61,471 nt of DNA from an uncultured Lentisphaerales bacterium. GTDB lineage: Bacteria; Verrucomicrobiota; Lentisphaeria; JABSQK01; UBA12247. Positions 1 to 9,565 of the stretch are shown in pieces (the first letter of the stretch is position 1; every line of letters begins with the position of its first letter). Made by a program: the position numbers and the translations under genes. The notes under the pieces were generated by a model that was not told where the DNA came from, did not search any database, and saw only the letters and a list, made by a program, of their open reading frames with translations. The stretch covers positions 1-61,471 of the forward strand of contig CALSSJ010000014.1 of assembly GCA_943788985.1 (NCBI GenBank), written 5' to 3'.

Positions 1-186
1 GTGATCGATACTGTAGCCAATGTAGGCGATCGCGATTTGCCTGAGGTTGTTGGTGCAGGCCGCGCGCCGAGTAGTCTCCCGGGCCTTAGAGAGGGACGGG
101 AGGAGTAAGCTGGCCAAGATGGCGATGATGCTGATCACCACCAGAAGCTCAATCAGGGTAAAGCGTCTTGATTTTGCAGGGATCAT
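1..186 (-). CDS. Prepilin-type N-terminal cleavage/methylation protein (type II secretion pseudopilin / DUF1559-like), 5' part only
   Basis: Manual translation gives [54 protein letters not shown], with the [30 protein letters not shown] pattern. Runs off the window edge and is missing from the ORF track. Confidence 0.92.
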   Translation of the reverse strand, partial: MIPAKSRRFTLIELLVVISIIAILASLLLPSLSKARETTRRAACTNNLRQIAIAYIGYSIDH

Positions 187-339
187 GGGAACTTCCCTAG
201 AGAAGCGGAGGGGAACTGGACTGCGGAGCGGCCCACTAAATTGATTGTCTTTCCGGGGAATGCTAGAGCGAACACCGGAATGGACTAAGGTTTTAGAAGT
301 GAATTTTTTTTGTTGAGTATTTTGCTCGCCGGCGCTAGG

Positions 340-720
340 ACGATTTCTGATGAGCCAGTCTCCGTAGCCACAGCCCGTATCGATCAATCGATAACCGGGT
401 TTCAGGCCAAGTTGGTCGATCATGAAATTCCATTTTTCGATCTGTGCCTATTCTCGCGTTTCGGTGAGATAGCCATCGTATAGATTGAACCCGAGGTCAC
501 GGCCGAAACCAGACTGTTCATCGTGCGGTGTGTGGGTAAATAGATAGGCCCGCTGGATCATGATCTCGGTGTCAAAGACCGTCCAGCCGGCACTGAAAAA
601 GAGTACGTCATCAAGTACCAAAAAGAACGGCCAGATCAGCAGAGCCAATGGATGAATAAACACGGCCAGTGAAACGCTTATTGCCAGCAGCATCACATTG
701 ATTATCGCATTGCGATCCAT
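340..720 (-). pseudogene. Truncated SAM-dependent methyltransferase, cyclopropane-fatty-acid-synthase-like, with an N-terminal membrane segment
   Basis: Reading through the TAG at 448-450 gives [32 protein letters not shown], matching the CFA-synthase AQ..K....L.LKPG..LD.GCG.G motif. Similarity ends just after it. Confidence 0.7.
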
Positions 721-1180
721 GCGCAGATTCACGATGTTGAATTGAAAGGTATGCAGCCCGCTTTTCATTTTTTAGGCCTTTTGTCGAATTTTGGAAGAAC
801 CTTGCTTAATATAAGTAGCATTTCATTTGCTAAAATTCCAATCACGAGTCGCAATAGCCAACGATGTCAGTCGGTGGTGGCTGTTGTCAAATGGCTGAGA
901 CGTTCTGTTGGCACGCGAGTGGGAAAGGCCGCAGGGCGTACCTGAGTACCCTCTGCTTGTGGCAGTTCAGCGAGTCTCCACATCTTCCCCTTGACCACGG
1001 ACTGCTACTAGCGCGGGTCTTGTCCGCGCCCCAAGATAAATCATCAGCTTTTGCGGTTCAAGTCCCATCGGTCCGCGATAAACACACCCGTTCTAAACAC
1101 TGCCGTTCGGTTAACTCCGAACCCTGCTTTTTGTCCTCACAATTTTCGTGTCCGAAGCCTACAACCGCACAATTCGCTGG

Positions 1181-1432
1181 TCATGATGCCCGGATGATTG
1201 TTTCAATCATTTCGGCTATTCTTATCAAGGGCACAACGCACATGCACAACCCGACCACCTTCTGCCGGCGTGCCCGATCAACTCCACGCCCAGTAAGCAT
1301 CTTGTTTATTGGGTTTTCCTGTGATGAAAGCCAATTAAAGGGCGGTCTGACAAGTAACGAAATACCGAATATAACGACCACCAGCAGTGGGGCGACGAAG
1401 AGAATCGCCATGATTACTATTGAAGTGCTCAT
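1181..1432 (-). CDS. Small hypothetical membrane protein
   Basis: 83 aa, ATG start, two hydrophobic segments, co-oriented with neighbours. Confidence 0.5.
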   Translation of the reverse strand: MSTSIVIMAILFVAPLLVVVIFGISLLVRPPFNWLSSQENPINKMLTGRGVDRARRQKVVGLCMCVVPLIRIAEMIETIIRAS

Positions 1433-1472
1433 GGTTCGCCCTCAGGCAACCAGCGCCAGCGCAGGGCGCGGT

Positions 1473-1494
1473 CCTTGCGAGGTACCTCGCAAGG
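1473..1494. other. Perfect 22-bp palindrome directly after the VF530 stop codon
   Basis: CCTTGCGAGGTACCTCGCAAGG is its own reverse complement; no U-tract follows. Confidence 0.6.
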
Positions 1495-1710
1495 TTAGAA
1501 TGTTGAAATGTACAAATTTTCCACCTTGTCCCTCGCCCACTGGGTTTTGCGTAAAAACTTCAATGTTGACTTTACTGATGGATCACTGTTAAAGCAGTTG
1601 ATGTTAATTCTCTCGGCCAGTCCATCCCAGCCGTAATGTTCTACCAGCCTCGTGACAACTTTCTCCAGTGTCACGCCATGCAGCGGGTTATTTGGTTGTT
1701 CATGGGTCAT
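1495..1710 (-). CDS. VF530 family (DUF2132) small DNA-binding protein
   Basis: [61 protein letters not shown] is the typical family sequence. Confidence 0.92.
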   Translation of the reverse strand: MTHEQPNNPLHGVTLEKVVTRLVEHYGWDGLAERININCFNSDPSVKSTLKFLRKTQWARDKVENLYISTF

Positions 1711-1762
1711 CGCTTTTGATTCACTCCCAGTGTGCCGTTTAGGGCGTCGTCGATTTCAACTG

Positions 1763-2014
1763 CTACTTTGTTGCATTGGTCTCAGCCTTCTTGACGCGAA
1801 CCTTGCTGCCAGCAAGGGTGGTGCCATTCAAGGTTTTCACTGCGACCTTGGCGTCGCCTGGCCTCGGCATTTCCACAAAAGCGAATCCCTTGGATTCACC
1901 TGTCTTCTTGTCTAAAACTAAATTACAGAACTGGACAGTGCCAAATTCTGTGAAAAGAGCTCTTATTTCTTTTTCAGAGGTGCTGCGATCAAGATTGCGA
2001 ATGATCAGTTTCAT
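1763..2014 (-). CDS. RRM-domain RNA-binding protein
   Basis: RNP2-like MKLIIRNL and RNP1 KGFAFVEM. Confidence 0.92.
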   Translation of the reverse strand: MKLIIRNLDRSTSEKEIRALFTEFGTVQFCNLVLDKKTGESKGFAFVEMPRPGDAKVAVKTLNGTTLAGSKVRVKKAETNATK

Positions 2015-2073
2015 TGGTGAGTAAACCATTAGGTGTCAAGTAAATGCGCAGAAATTTACCTTGCTGCGATTGC

Positions 2074-2129
2074 GAATAACGCTTGGTGCAGGGCTGACGC
2101 TAGCCGTTCCCTGCATCCGCTTGTCGGGC
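2074..2129 (-). mobile_element. Integron attC-like recombination site
   Basis: Minus strand GCCCGAC-AAGCG-GATGCAGG-(17 nt)-CCTGCAC-CAAGC-GTTATTC: R''/5-nt spacer/8-nt L'' with one extrahelical base/7-nt L'/5-nt spacer/R'. Begins at the stop codon of the 2129-2434 ORF. R'' has GAC instead of AAC. Confidence 0.55.
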
Positions 2130-2434
2130 TACAACGGCCACAGTCGATGAATCTCGGTATCGAACGGTACCGGGAAAGCTACGGATCGCCAATCCCGCTC
2201 CAGATTGTAGGATGCGCTCAACCATGGGAGGACCTCAACCCAACCTGCATCCGCCTCGGACATTTCGATGGAGTGGCCTGCTGAAAGCTTAAAAAACACG
2301 CGCTGCTCGTCTGTCGTGATCAAGTCCAGCGTGTAGCCAGGGATCTCAGCGATGTCCGGGCGGGACACAGTCATTACCGGCGATCTGGGAATTAAATACT
2401 CGATCGTATCGTGGAGGATGGTTATCCTGTTCAT
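2129..2434 (-). CDS. Hypothetical protein, possible gene cassette ORF
   Basis: 101 aa, ATG start, protein-like composition; stop codon overlaps the attC-like site. Confidence 0.6.
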   Translation of the reverse strand: MNRITILHDTIEYLIPRSPVMTVSRPDIAEIPGYTLDLITTDEQRVFFKLSAGHSIEMSEADAGWVEVLPWLSASYNLERDWRSVAFPVPFDTEIHRLWPL

Positions 2435-3324
2435 CTCGTTTGCTCACCGCCGGAATTGTGGTTTTCGGCTTGGTGTGGGAGGGCAGCGAAAGAACGGGCA
2501 GAGCCCTAAGCGAGGGAACTGTGGGGTACTCAGTCCTCCTATGATTCACTGTTGCCACGGTCATCCGTCTCGGGCTGTTCCGTTCGCCGACGCCCCAGTA
2601 ACTGCAAAGCCCGTCCGAATATTGCCATTACCCATCCAGACCAGGCTACGGCGCCTGAGGCAAGCCGAGGGTAACTGGCTGCTAGGCTGCCACTATGGCA
2701 GTGCCGACGATGTAGCAGGTCCACGAATCTACCGTTATCGTCTTTATGTCATATTCTTGCCCAACAAGTTGGCTGGTGGGGGGCAGGCGTGTCGTTGCCG
2801 AGAGTAGGTCACCGTAGGCAGAAAATTGGCGAGCGCAGGGAATTAAAATTGCGAATTTGTAGTACGGCGTCAAACCTTTAGTGGCACCAAACGACTAGCC
2901 TGTCGTTGATTCTTCGAACCCCAACTCGGTGCAGTCATTGAACGCGAAATAGTCGACTGTTCCCACCAGTATGAAAAGCGCTTGCATCACGAATAGCGAG
3001 TGCCCGAGGTATAGGTTCGTGTGGTAACCCAGTTTACTCACTTCATGGGAGTCCGTAATCGGGTTGCCAACGAAGTAGCGATCGTCCTCTATCTTTCCAT
3101 CACCAGCCTAGCCTCCCTGGATGAACCAGATTGCGCTATTGATTGAACGCTTTGTGGGCAATCGATTTGATCTTCTACCGCTCACTCACCAAGGAATTAC
3201 CAATCAGTATTTCACGAAACTTCGGCAGCAGAGTCTTTGCGGGAGAGCTTCTTCTGGTCGGGGCCTGCTGGCCGCCAAGGCTTACGGATATGTCTCGAGC
3301 TGGGAGACGCAGAAGGTGCTTTGA

Positions 3325-3762
3325 CTATTCGAGGCTGGCGATGAAGGTGGCGAGTTCGTCGTCCTCTATTCGGAGGCTGCGCTTGGCCCCGGGTAGGCAC
3401 CGCTGCGGACGTCTTCGGCAAGGGCCTGGAAGGCATCGATGCGGAGGTGCGGGACGCGGGCTTCTTCTTCGCCAATGTTGCAGTAGAGTTTGGCGTGGCG
3501 GGGGATGTGACCAGTATTGGTGCCCAGGGCGTCGGTGGCGAAGAGGTATTGGACGGCCGCCTTCACTGCTGCTGCCCATCGAGATGAGGGCAATGTCCAG
3601 CCGCTTGGCAATCTCGGCAGTGACTGCCGCTCGGACGATTTCGATTTCGACGCCGGCCTCGGCGCAGGCTACGGCCTCATTGAGATCGCTGGTGCAAACT
3701 TCGGGAAACTGACGGCCCTGTTTCTTCGCTTCAAGAATTTCGAGGATAGTGATTTTAGACAT
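3325..3762 (-). pseudogene. panB: PanB-like ketopantoate hydroxymethyltransferase remnant (internal deletion and frameshifts)
   Basis: N-terminus MSKITILEILEAKKQGRQF...AEAGVE is joined to the C-terminal segment (AEIAKRLDIALISMGS; in another frame QYLFATDALG...PRHAKLY...DVRSGAYP). The central catalytic part is missing. Confidence 0.7.
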
Positions 3763-3844
3763 GAAAGTCCGCTGCCCTGCTGATTGGTTGAGTCTCTCAG
3801 TTGGTCAACCGACGAGGTTCAGATTGGGCGTCAATACGATCTAC

Positions 3845-4711
3845 TCAATAGCCGTTCCCCAAATCTGCGCCCCACTGAGTGCGCCAAGTTTGGTAGTCGC
3901 AGACGGATTCCGGCGCGCGCAAACTGCGAGCGATAAAGCCGTATTCTTTACCGCCGCTGGTAGGAGTGTCAGTCGATTCGAAGCGCAGATCCATCGACCA
4001 GCGAACCTCCTGTCTCCTATTGCGCATTGCCCCATGTGGGGTCATCTGGGTGAATAGCAGCACGTCGCCACGCTTCATCTCGATCGGCTTACCCACTAGC
4101 GTCTTTCGCACCTCTGGAGTCACGCCGAGGAAGCCGGTCTCGGGGTCGTCGTAGCCTTTGTGGAGCTTGCCATTCTGCAGGCCGGGGGCGACTTGTAGGC
4201 AGCTGTTCTCGGGGGAGACGTCCTGCAGTGGAAACCACATGGTCGGTACGTGGATGCTTTCCGCATCGCGGAAATACTGTGCGTCCTGATGCCAGGGCGT
4301 ATCGGTCCAGGATTGTGAGGGTAGCTTGGGGCGGGCGTTGAAGATGCCATGGGCGGAGACTTCAGTGGTGCCAAGCAGGTCTTGGGCGATATCGACGAGT
4401 TCTGGAGCTTTTAGGATGTCAAACATTTCGGGGCTGACGAGCTCTCGCCTAGGGCTGCGATTGTAACCGGGGCGCCCTGCGGCTTCCCACAAAGCGAGCA
4501 AGCGCGTGCTGAATGGGGTATCTGACAAGGTGTCGTTGATGCGCCCTTCTGTCTGCCATCTGGCAGCCATGGCAGCCACCCAGCGCTCCAAGACCAGCTG
4601 AGAAAGCTCGAGGGTCTTTTCACTGACAGCATTCTCGAGCAGCAAATAGCCCTGCTTGCGATAGGACGTCATTTGTTCCGGTGTCAGGGAGGAAAGGGAG
4701 GGATGGCTCAT
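3845..4711 (-). CDS. Phytanoyl-CoA dioxygenase (PhyH) family Fe(II)/2-oxoglutarate dioxygenase
   Basis: LTPEQ...Y..QGYL, TPWHQD (HxD), ENSCLQV.PG, GDVLLF...PHG, R.SMDLRF. Confidence 0.93.
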   Translation of the reverse strand: MSHPSLSSLTPEQMTSYRKQGYLLLENAVSEKTLELSQLVLERWVAAMAARWQTEGRINDTLSDTPFSTRLLALWEAAGRPGYNRSPRRELVSPEMFDILKAPELVDIAQDLLGTTEVSAHGIFNARPKLPSQSWTDTPWHQDAQYFRDAESIHVPTMWFPLQDVSPENSCLQVAPGLQNGKLHKGYDDPETGFLGVTPEVRKTLVGKPIEMKRGDVLLFTQMTPHGAMRNRRQEVRWSMDLRFESTDTPTSGGKEYGFIARSLRAPESVCDYQTWRTQWGADLGNGY

Positions 4712-4815
4712 AGGAAAGTTCTCTGTGGAGTTAGCTACTTTTCTGCTGTCATTGTGTATGAACTCACGTATACTGAATTCCTTCGCGTGAGCAAGTTATC
4801 AGGAATCACTATCGC

Positions 4816-5634
4816 TTGTCAGAAATCACACAGATATCTCTCGGTCACTGTCCGCAGATCACGATGGCCGGCTCGGGCACTCAACCGGCGGGGCAAAGTG
4901 AGTACTACCTGCCGGATCGTTGGTGCCTGCATCTGTACACGTACCACGGCACCCTGACGGTGGACGGCGCTGAGTTCCCGATCAGGCCGGGGGCATGCAG
5001 CCTGGTGCCGCCGGCAGTTCGGCTTGTCTACGATCCCTTTGAGCCTGGGGGCAGCCATGGGTTTGTGCATTTTCAGGTGCCGCCACCTGGCGAGGATGCC
5101 TTGGGAGTTCCACGTATGCAGCAGTTGGCTGGCGAGTTTGGGAGCTGCTTTCGCACGCTGCAATCGGTGATTCGGTTTCGGGCGACGGACCCGGCGCGAG
5201 CGAACGTGCGGCTGCACGACCTACTGTATACGATCGCCGAGTGCGGGACGGCAGACGACGACGCCTACTCGCATCCGGTCATGCGGCCGCTTTTGGAATG
5301 GATCGAGTTGCATCTGGCCGAACGCTTTCAGGTAGCGCGCATTTGCCGGGAGTTTTCGCTGAGCCATAACTATCTAAACCGGCTGTTTCGCGCTGATCTA
5401 GGCTGTACGATTGGGGCCTACATTCAGCAGCGCCGGGCGGAGCGGGCAATCCGGTTGCTAACTGACACGACCATTCCGATCAAGGCGATTGCTGCCGATC
5501 TTGGCTATCTAGACCTGGCGCAGTTCAGCACGTTTATCAAGCGCCAGGGAGGGCAGGCTCCGCGTAGAATTCGCGGGGCGCTGATGGAGAAAAGGACTTG
5601 CCAACAGCCGGAGGCAGACGCAGCCAACGAATAA
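4816..5634 (+). CDS. AraC family transcriptional regulator with cupin-type N-terminal domain
   Basis: C-terminal double HTH (LSHNYLNRLFR...IKAIAADLGYLDLAQFSTFIKRQGGQAPR); divergent from the PhyH gene. Start codon uncertain. Confidence 0.92.
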   Translation: MSEITQISLGHCPQITMAGSGTQPAGQSEYYLPDRWCLHLYTYHGTLTVDGAEFPIRPGACSLVPPAVRLVYDPFEPGGSHGFVHFQVPPPGEDALGVPRMQQLAGEFGSCFRTLQSVIRFRATDPARANVRLHDLLYTIAECGTADDDAYSHPVMRPLLEWIELHLAERFQVARICREFSLSHNYLNRLFRADLGCTIGAYIQQRRAERAIRLLTDTTIPIKAIAADLGYLDLAQFSTFIKRQGGQAPRRIRGALMEKRTCQQPEADAANE

Positions 5635-5733
5635 CCAATTGCCAAGTGAAGACTTTTGAGGACAAATACAGAGCCCTGGGGGCGATAAAGAAGAAGGCGA
5701 GTAAGGCGTAGCTGGCAAAGGGACAGTTTTTTG

Positions 5734-5930
5734 GGCAGGATCACAGGGTTTAAAAGATTTTAGACAAGAAGATTTGGAGGACAATAAAATGAGATGCAGC
5801 TTTCTATTTTTGTGGCCCTAAAAAATCCTTGCTCAAATTATTTTATCCGATAGGGCTGGCGGGCGCGGGCGCTCCCAGTGAAAGATTTAATCCTGTCGAT
5901 TCTGTGATCCTGTCTAGAATCTTCTTGTCT
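5734..5930. repeat. Crossed inverted-repeat element containing a REP-like motif
   Basis: GGCAGGATCACAG (5734-5746) pairs with CTGTGATCCTGTC (5902-5914); AGACAAGAAGATT (5762-5774) pairs with AATCTTCTTGTCT (5918-5930); GCGGGCGCGGGCGCTCCCAG lies between. Confidence 0.55.
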
Positions 5931-5936
5931 GGTTGG

Positions 5937-6224
5937 ATGGGGTACCTTTCCGTACTCTGCCTGTCCGTCCTGCACCCCATCCCGTGTGGCGCTGATGACG
6001 GGGCAATGCCCAGACAACAACGGTCTGTTTAGCAACTCGCAGCGTTGCGTAAGACCTACGCCAAGTACGATGACGCGGTGCATAAGATAGACGAGAAGGT
6101 CGGGGAGGACTCACGCACACTGGTGCCAGTCCTGAAAACCCTGAAGATGGCCAAGTACGAAGAACGGCAGAGGCAGAACTTGCTGGCGCGCTTCAATGAT
6201 CTCGCTCCAATCCAGGCACCATAG
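5937..6224 (+). pseudogene. Possible small gene remnant with one in-frame TAG
   Basis: MGYLSVLCLSVLHP...SV*QLAALRKTYAKYDDAVHKIDEKVGE...AP*: signal-like start and a helical, protein-like continuation past the TAG at 6030-6032. Confidence 0.35.
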
Positions 6225-6243
6225 ACCTCGGGGCTTTCGGCCC

Positions 6244-7413
6244 TTAGCGGCTGAAACTGCGCCAGGCTTGGCGCACCTTATCGCAGGCGCCTTGCTCGGG
6301 ATCGGTCGCGAGCGGATAGATGTGATAGACCCCATCGACTATGACGTCGGTATTGTCGCGGTCGTGCAGGTTCATCTCGGCACAGAGCTTGGCGCTCTTG
6401 TACTTGCTGATGACAAAGGAAGAAAAGCTGGCCCCAGGGTCTTCGATCGTGACTTCGCCTTCGACGTCGAGCGGCAGGTCGTCCAGAGACGGGACGACGC
6501 GAGCATTGGGGAGGGCAGTCTGAATAGCCAGGACGCACGCGTCCAGCGCTAAGGCGCTGGTTGCTCGCTCGCGGGCGGTCTGCTGATTGATCCAAATCTG
6601 TTCTGCGGAGTTCGCAAAGGCTGGTGAGATAGGCACGTCATTTGCTTCTGCGTCTGGCAGTTCGTCCGCGGCCTTTTCCGCGACGGGCGGTGACGGCTCG
6701 GTATCTTTGTCAGACAGCACGAGGTAGAGCACTGTCTCGCCGCCATGTACAATTTTCCGAGCCCGGCCTTGGCGATCCACGTACACTTGGAATGGCTTGG
6801 GAACAGATACCTGAAAGCGGGCGCACTCCACTTTCTCGCCAAATACACGAGTCGGTTCGATTGCCATGCAGGCCACGTAGTAGAGGGAGTGGCCGCTGCT
6901 CTGGCGCAGTCGTGAATCGGCGTAGCTTTTGAAGGTAAAGGCAGCGCCGACTTGCTGGGGCAACTGGGGAATCACGCGCAGCAGAAACGCTTCGGTGACG
7001 GTATCAGCTGGGAAGTTACGGGCTACGGTGCGATCGTTCGCCTTGGTGTAGAGCTTACCGTCGTGGTACTTGCCGACGACCTTGCTGCTGCCTTGCCGAA
7101 TCACGAAGGTCTGCAAGGACAGCAATGCTGCGCGTGCGCCCTTTATGCTCACCGTTTCGTCCTGGCTATAGAGGTTGCGCGAGTCCTGGAGAATGACGTC
7201 GTCGTCGCGGACCTTCGTTTGTAGGGTGAGGCGCGCTTCGCTCTCGATCGAGCGCACGCTGTCACCGAGGGCGATTTGGGTCCCTACGGCGTAGCGTTGG
7301 ACCTTGTGTGTGGCGAGCTTCTGAAAATCAATTTCGAAGCTGCTGAGCGGTGTGGCCGCCCCGGCTAGCCCTATCACCTGGCAAGAAAGCGCGATGGCAA
7401 TGATTCGAAACAT
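6244..7413 (-). CDS. Secreted hypothetical protein
   Basis: 389 aa, signal peptide MFRIIAIALSCQVIGLAGA, Pro/acidic linker between two apparent domains. Confidence 0.75.
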   Translation of the reverse strand: MFRIIAIALSCQVIGLAGAATPLSSFEIDFQKLATHKVQRYAVGTQIALGDSVRSIESEARLTLQTKVRDDDVILQDSRNLYSQDETVSIKGARAALLSLQTFVIRQGSSKVVGKYHDGKLYTKANDRTVARNFPADTVTEAFLLRVIPQLPQQVGAAFTFKSYADSRLRQSSGHSLYYVACMAIEPTRVFGEKVECARFQVSVPKPFQVYVDRQGRARKIVHGGETVLYLVLSDKDTEPSPPVAEKAADELPDAEANDVPISPAFANSAEQIWINQQTARERATSALALDACVLAIQTALPNARVVPSLDDLPLDVEGEVTIEDPGASFSSFVISKYKSAKLCAEMNLHDRDNTDVIVDGVYHIYPLATDPEQGACDKVRQAWRSFSR

Positions 7414-7638
7414 AATGAAATGGTAGAGTTAGGTTGGTTCTGCGCATACGCTGTGCGCCGCGCCCCCGTTGTCAACGGCACTTGTACAATCCACACCTCC
7501 GGTGCAAAAATCCCGCGGAGCAATGGCACGGTACATGCATACGGGCGCCACGATTACATGCAAAAATAGCAGCACAATCCATTCCCCAGCAGCCATAGAG
7601 GACGCATAGTAGGTGAGGAGACCCAATGCGCCCTGCGC

Positions 7639-8954
7639 ATGGAGCAGGTCTCGAAGCAATATCCCGGTAAGCTGGCGGTTGATCGAGTAGATTTTTCGTT
7701 GCGGCCAGGTGTGATCCGGGCGCTGATGGGGGAGAATGGCGCAGGAAAATCTTCGCTTATGAAGATGCTGGCAGGGGCGTTAGCGGATTACACCTTGCAT
7801 ACTTTTGTGGCCGGCAAGCCAGTTTCACTGCAGACGCCCGCCCAGGCAGCGGCGTGCGGAATCGGCATGGTCTACCAAGAGCTGAGCACGGCGCAGCCGA
7901 TCAGCATCGGGGAAAACTTACTGGTGGGTCGCCTGACGGTTTCTGCTTTCGGGCTAGTGAATCGCAAGGCACTGGCCGAAGAAGCGCGGAGCTGTCTTAA
8001 GCAGGTGGGCCTAGAGCATCTGGACCTGGAGGCGCGCATCAAGGAGATCAGCCAGCACGAGACGCAGCTCGTCGAGCTTGCCGAGGTGCTCGGGCGTAAG
8101 CCAAATATTCTGGTGATGGATGAGCCGACCTCGGCCTTGTCGCACAGCGAGTTCGAACGGCTTTCCGAGATTATTCACAAGCTTCGGGCGCAGGGGATGT
8201 CGATTATCTACATCTCGCATCATCTGCCGGAGATTTTCACCATTGCCGATCGGGTTACGGTGATGCGTGACGGGAAAAAGTCGGCGAGGACGATATTGCC
8301 AATGTCACCCGGCAGTCACTGGTGCGGATGATGTTGGGGCAGACGATCGACGAGTTCTATCATCGGCGCGAGCCCAAGCTTGGTACGCCAATGCTCACGG
8401 TACAGCACCTGACGCGCCTTGGCTTCGTCCACGACATTAGTTTTGAGCTACAGACACTTGGAATCTATGCGATTGTACGCCACATACCCGGCACGTTACC
8501 GTTCTGCGCGCGCTCCTTTGCCCCCATCACGGAGTTAGGAAGCTACGCGCCGGAGATGAAGCTGCTCGCCATGGATAACGCAAACCTCGAGACCGAAGGC
8601 ACCATGCAGCTCGTTTCGGTCTGGCTGACCAAGCATGGCGACAACCTGAAGGGCATCATTCTTGCCGGAGACGGCTTCTCCATGACCGGCACGCTCGAAG
8701 CCGTGAAAAAGGCGGGGCGCTCCGACTTGATCATCGTCGCGGCTGGAAACAGCAAGACTGGCATGGACTCGATTATGGCTGGAGAAGCTCTCGCGATCAC
8801 TTATCAGTCTGCGGAGGGCTGCGTTGCGATCGCGGTCCGTGCGGCTGCCCGCTGGTTCAGGGGCGAAGTGCTGGATTCCGTGATCTACTTGCCCAAGCAC
8901 ATCATCACCCCGAGAGACGTCGCCAACTTTATGCCGGCACAGTGGTTAGTTTGA
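7639..8954 (+). pseudogene. Decayed sugar ABC transporter: RbsA-like ATPase N-half (frameshifted) fused to the C-terminal part of a periplasmic sugar-binding protein
   Basis: GENGAGKSSLMK, MDEPTSAL, YISHHL; frame change near 8280-8320; after HDISFEL the sequence switches to binding-protein-like text (TYQSAEG...AARWFRGE...YLPKHIIT...F.PAQW). Second ATPase domain and permease are absent. Confidence 0.8.
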
Positions 8955-8983
8955 GCGCAGTTCTTTAGCAATGAGGCACCCGC

Positions 8984-9565
8984 ATGGCTGACATTCGAGA
9001 CATTCGTAGCTTACCCGCCCGAGAGCTTGCGACAGCGATCGGGCGATTCGTCGGCTATCTGCTGGTTGCCAGCATCGTCTGGGTAGAAACAGGTCTCGGG
9101 GCCACCGTGGTTGCTCTGATGCATGCGGTAAGCCAGCCCTTTATCTCCCTGCTTCAACCGTTGGTCGAACCCGGTGCCACTGGTGCGGATGAGTTTCTCA
9201 ACCAATCCGCCCAGGCGTTGAGCGGCACGGCCAAACCGCTCCTGGAGACCACGTCCTACTACACCATTCTGCTCGCTCCTGCACTGGTCCTGCTGCTCCC
9301 GATCGGCTCACTGCGTACTCTCGCGCTACGAATCAGCTGCGCAGGAATGATTGTCGTGCTGCTGCACTGGGCACAAAGCATTGTGCACGCATTGTATGCC
9401 TATCACAGATCGATCAAGTATTTTGGCGGATCCTACGCGCCCATGAAAAACGAAGTCACCCTCCTGAGCGGCTTGAATTTTGCCGTCTGGCCGATGCTCG
9501 CGACATTGATCGCCTACGCGCTCACCCGGCGTTTCAGCCAATCGGAGGAAAGCAGTCATGACTGA
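8984..9565 (+). CDS. Multi-TM membrane protein coupled to the exosortase
   Basis: 193 aa, about 4 hydrophobic helices, GAGG RBS; overlaps the exosortase start by 8 bp. Confidence 0.7.
   Translation: MADIRDIRSLPARELATAIGRFVGYLLVASIVWVETGLGATVVALMHAVSQPFISLLQPLVEPGATGADEFLNQSAQALSGTAKPLLETTSYYTILLAPALVLLLPIGSLRTLALRISCAGMIVVLLHWAQSIVHALYAYHRSIKYFGGSYAPMKNEVTLLSGLNFAVWPMLATLIAYALTRRFSQSEESSHD

Noticed and set aside
1444..1500. Second attC candidate after the VF530 gene (TTCTAAC...GTTGCCT)
   Set aside because: The spacing fits, but the L boxes do not pair; the internal palindrome is unrelated to attC geometry.
864..1592. 242-aa plus-strand ORF
   Set aside because: Overlaps better-supported minus-strand genes and has non-protein-like composition.
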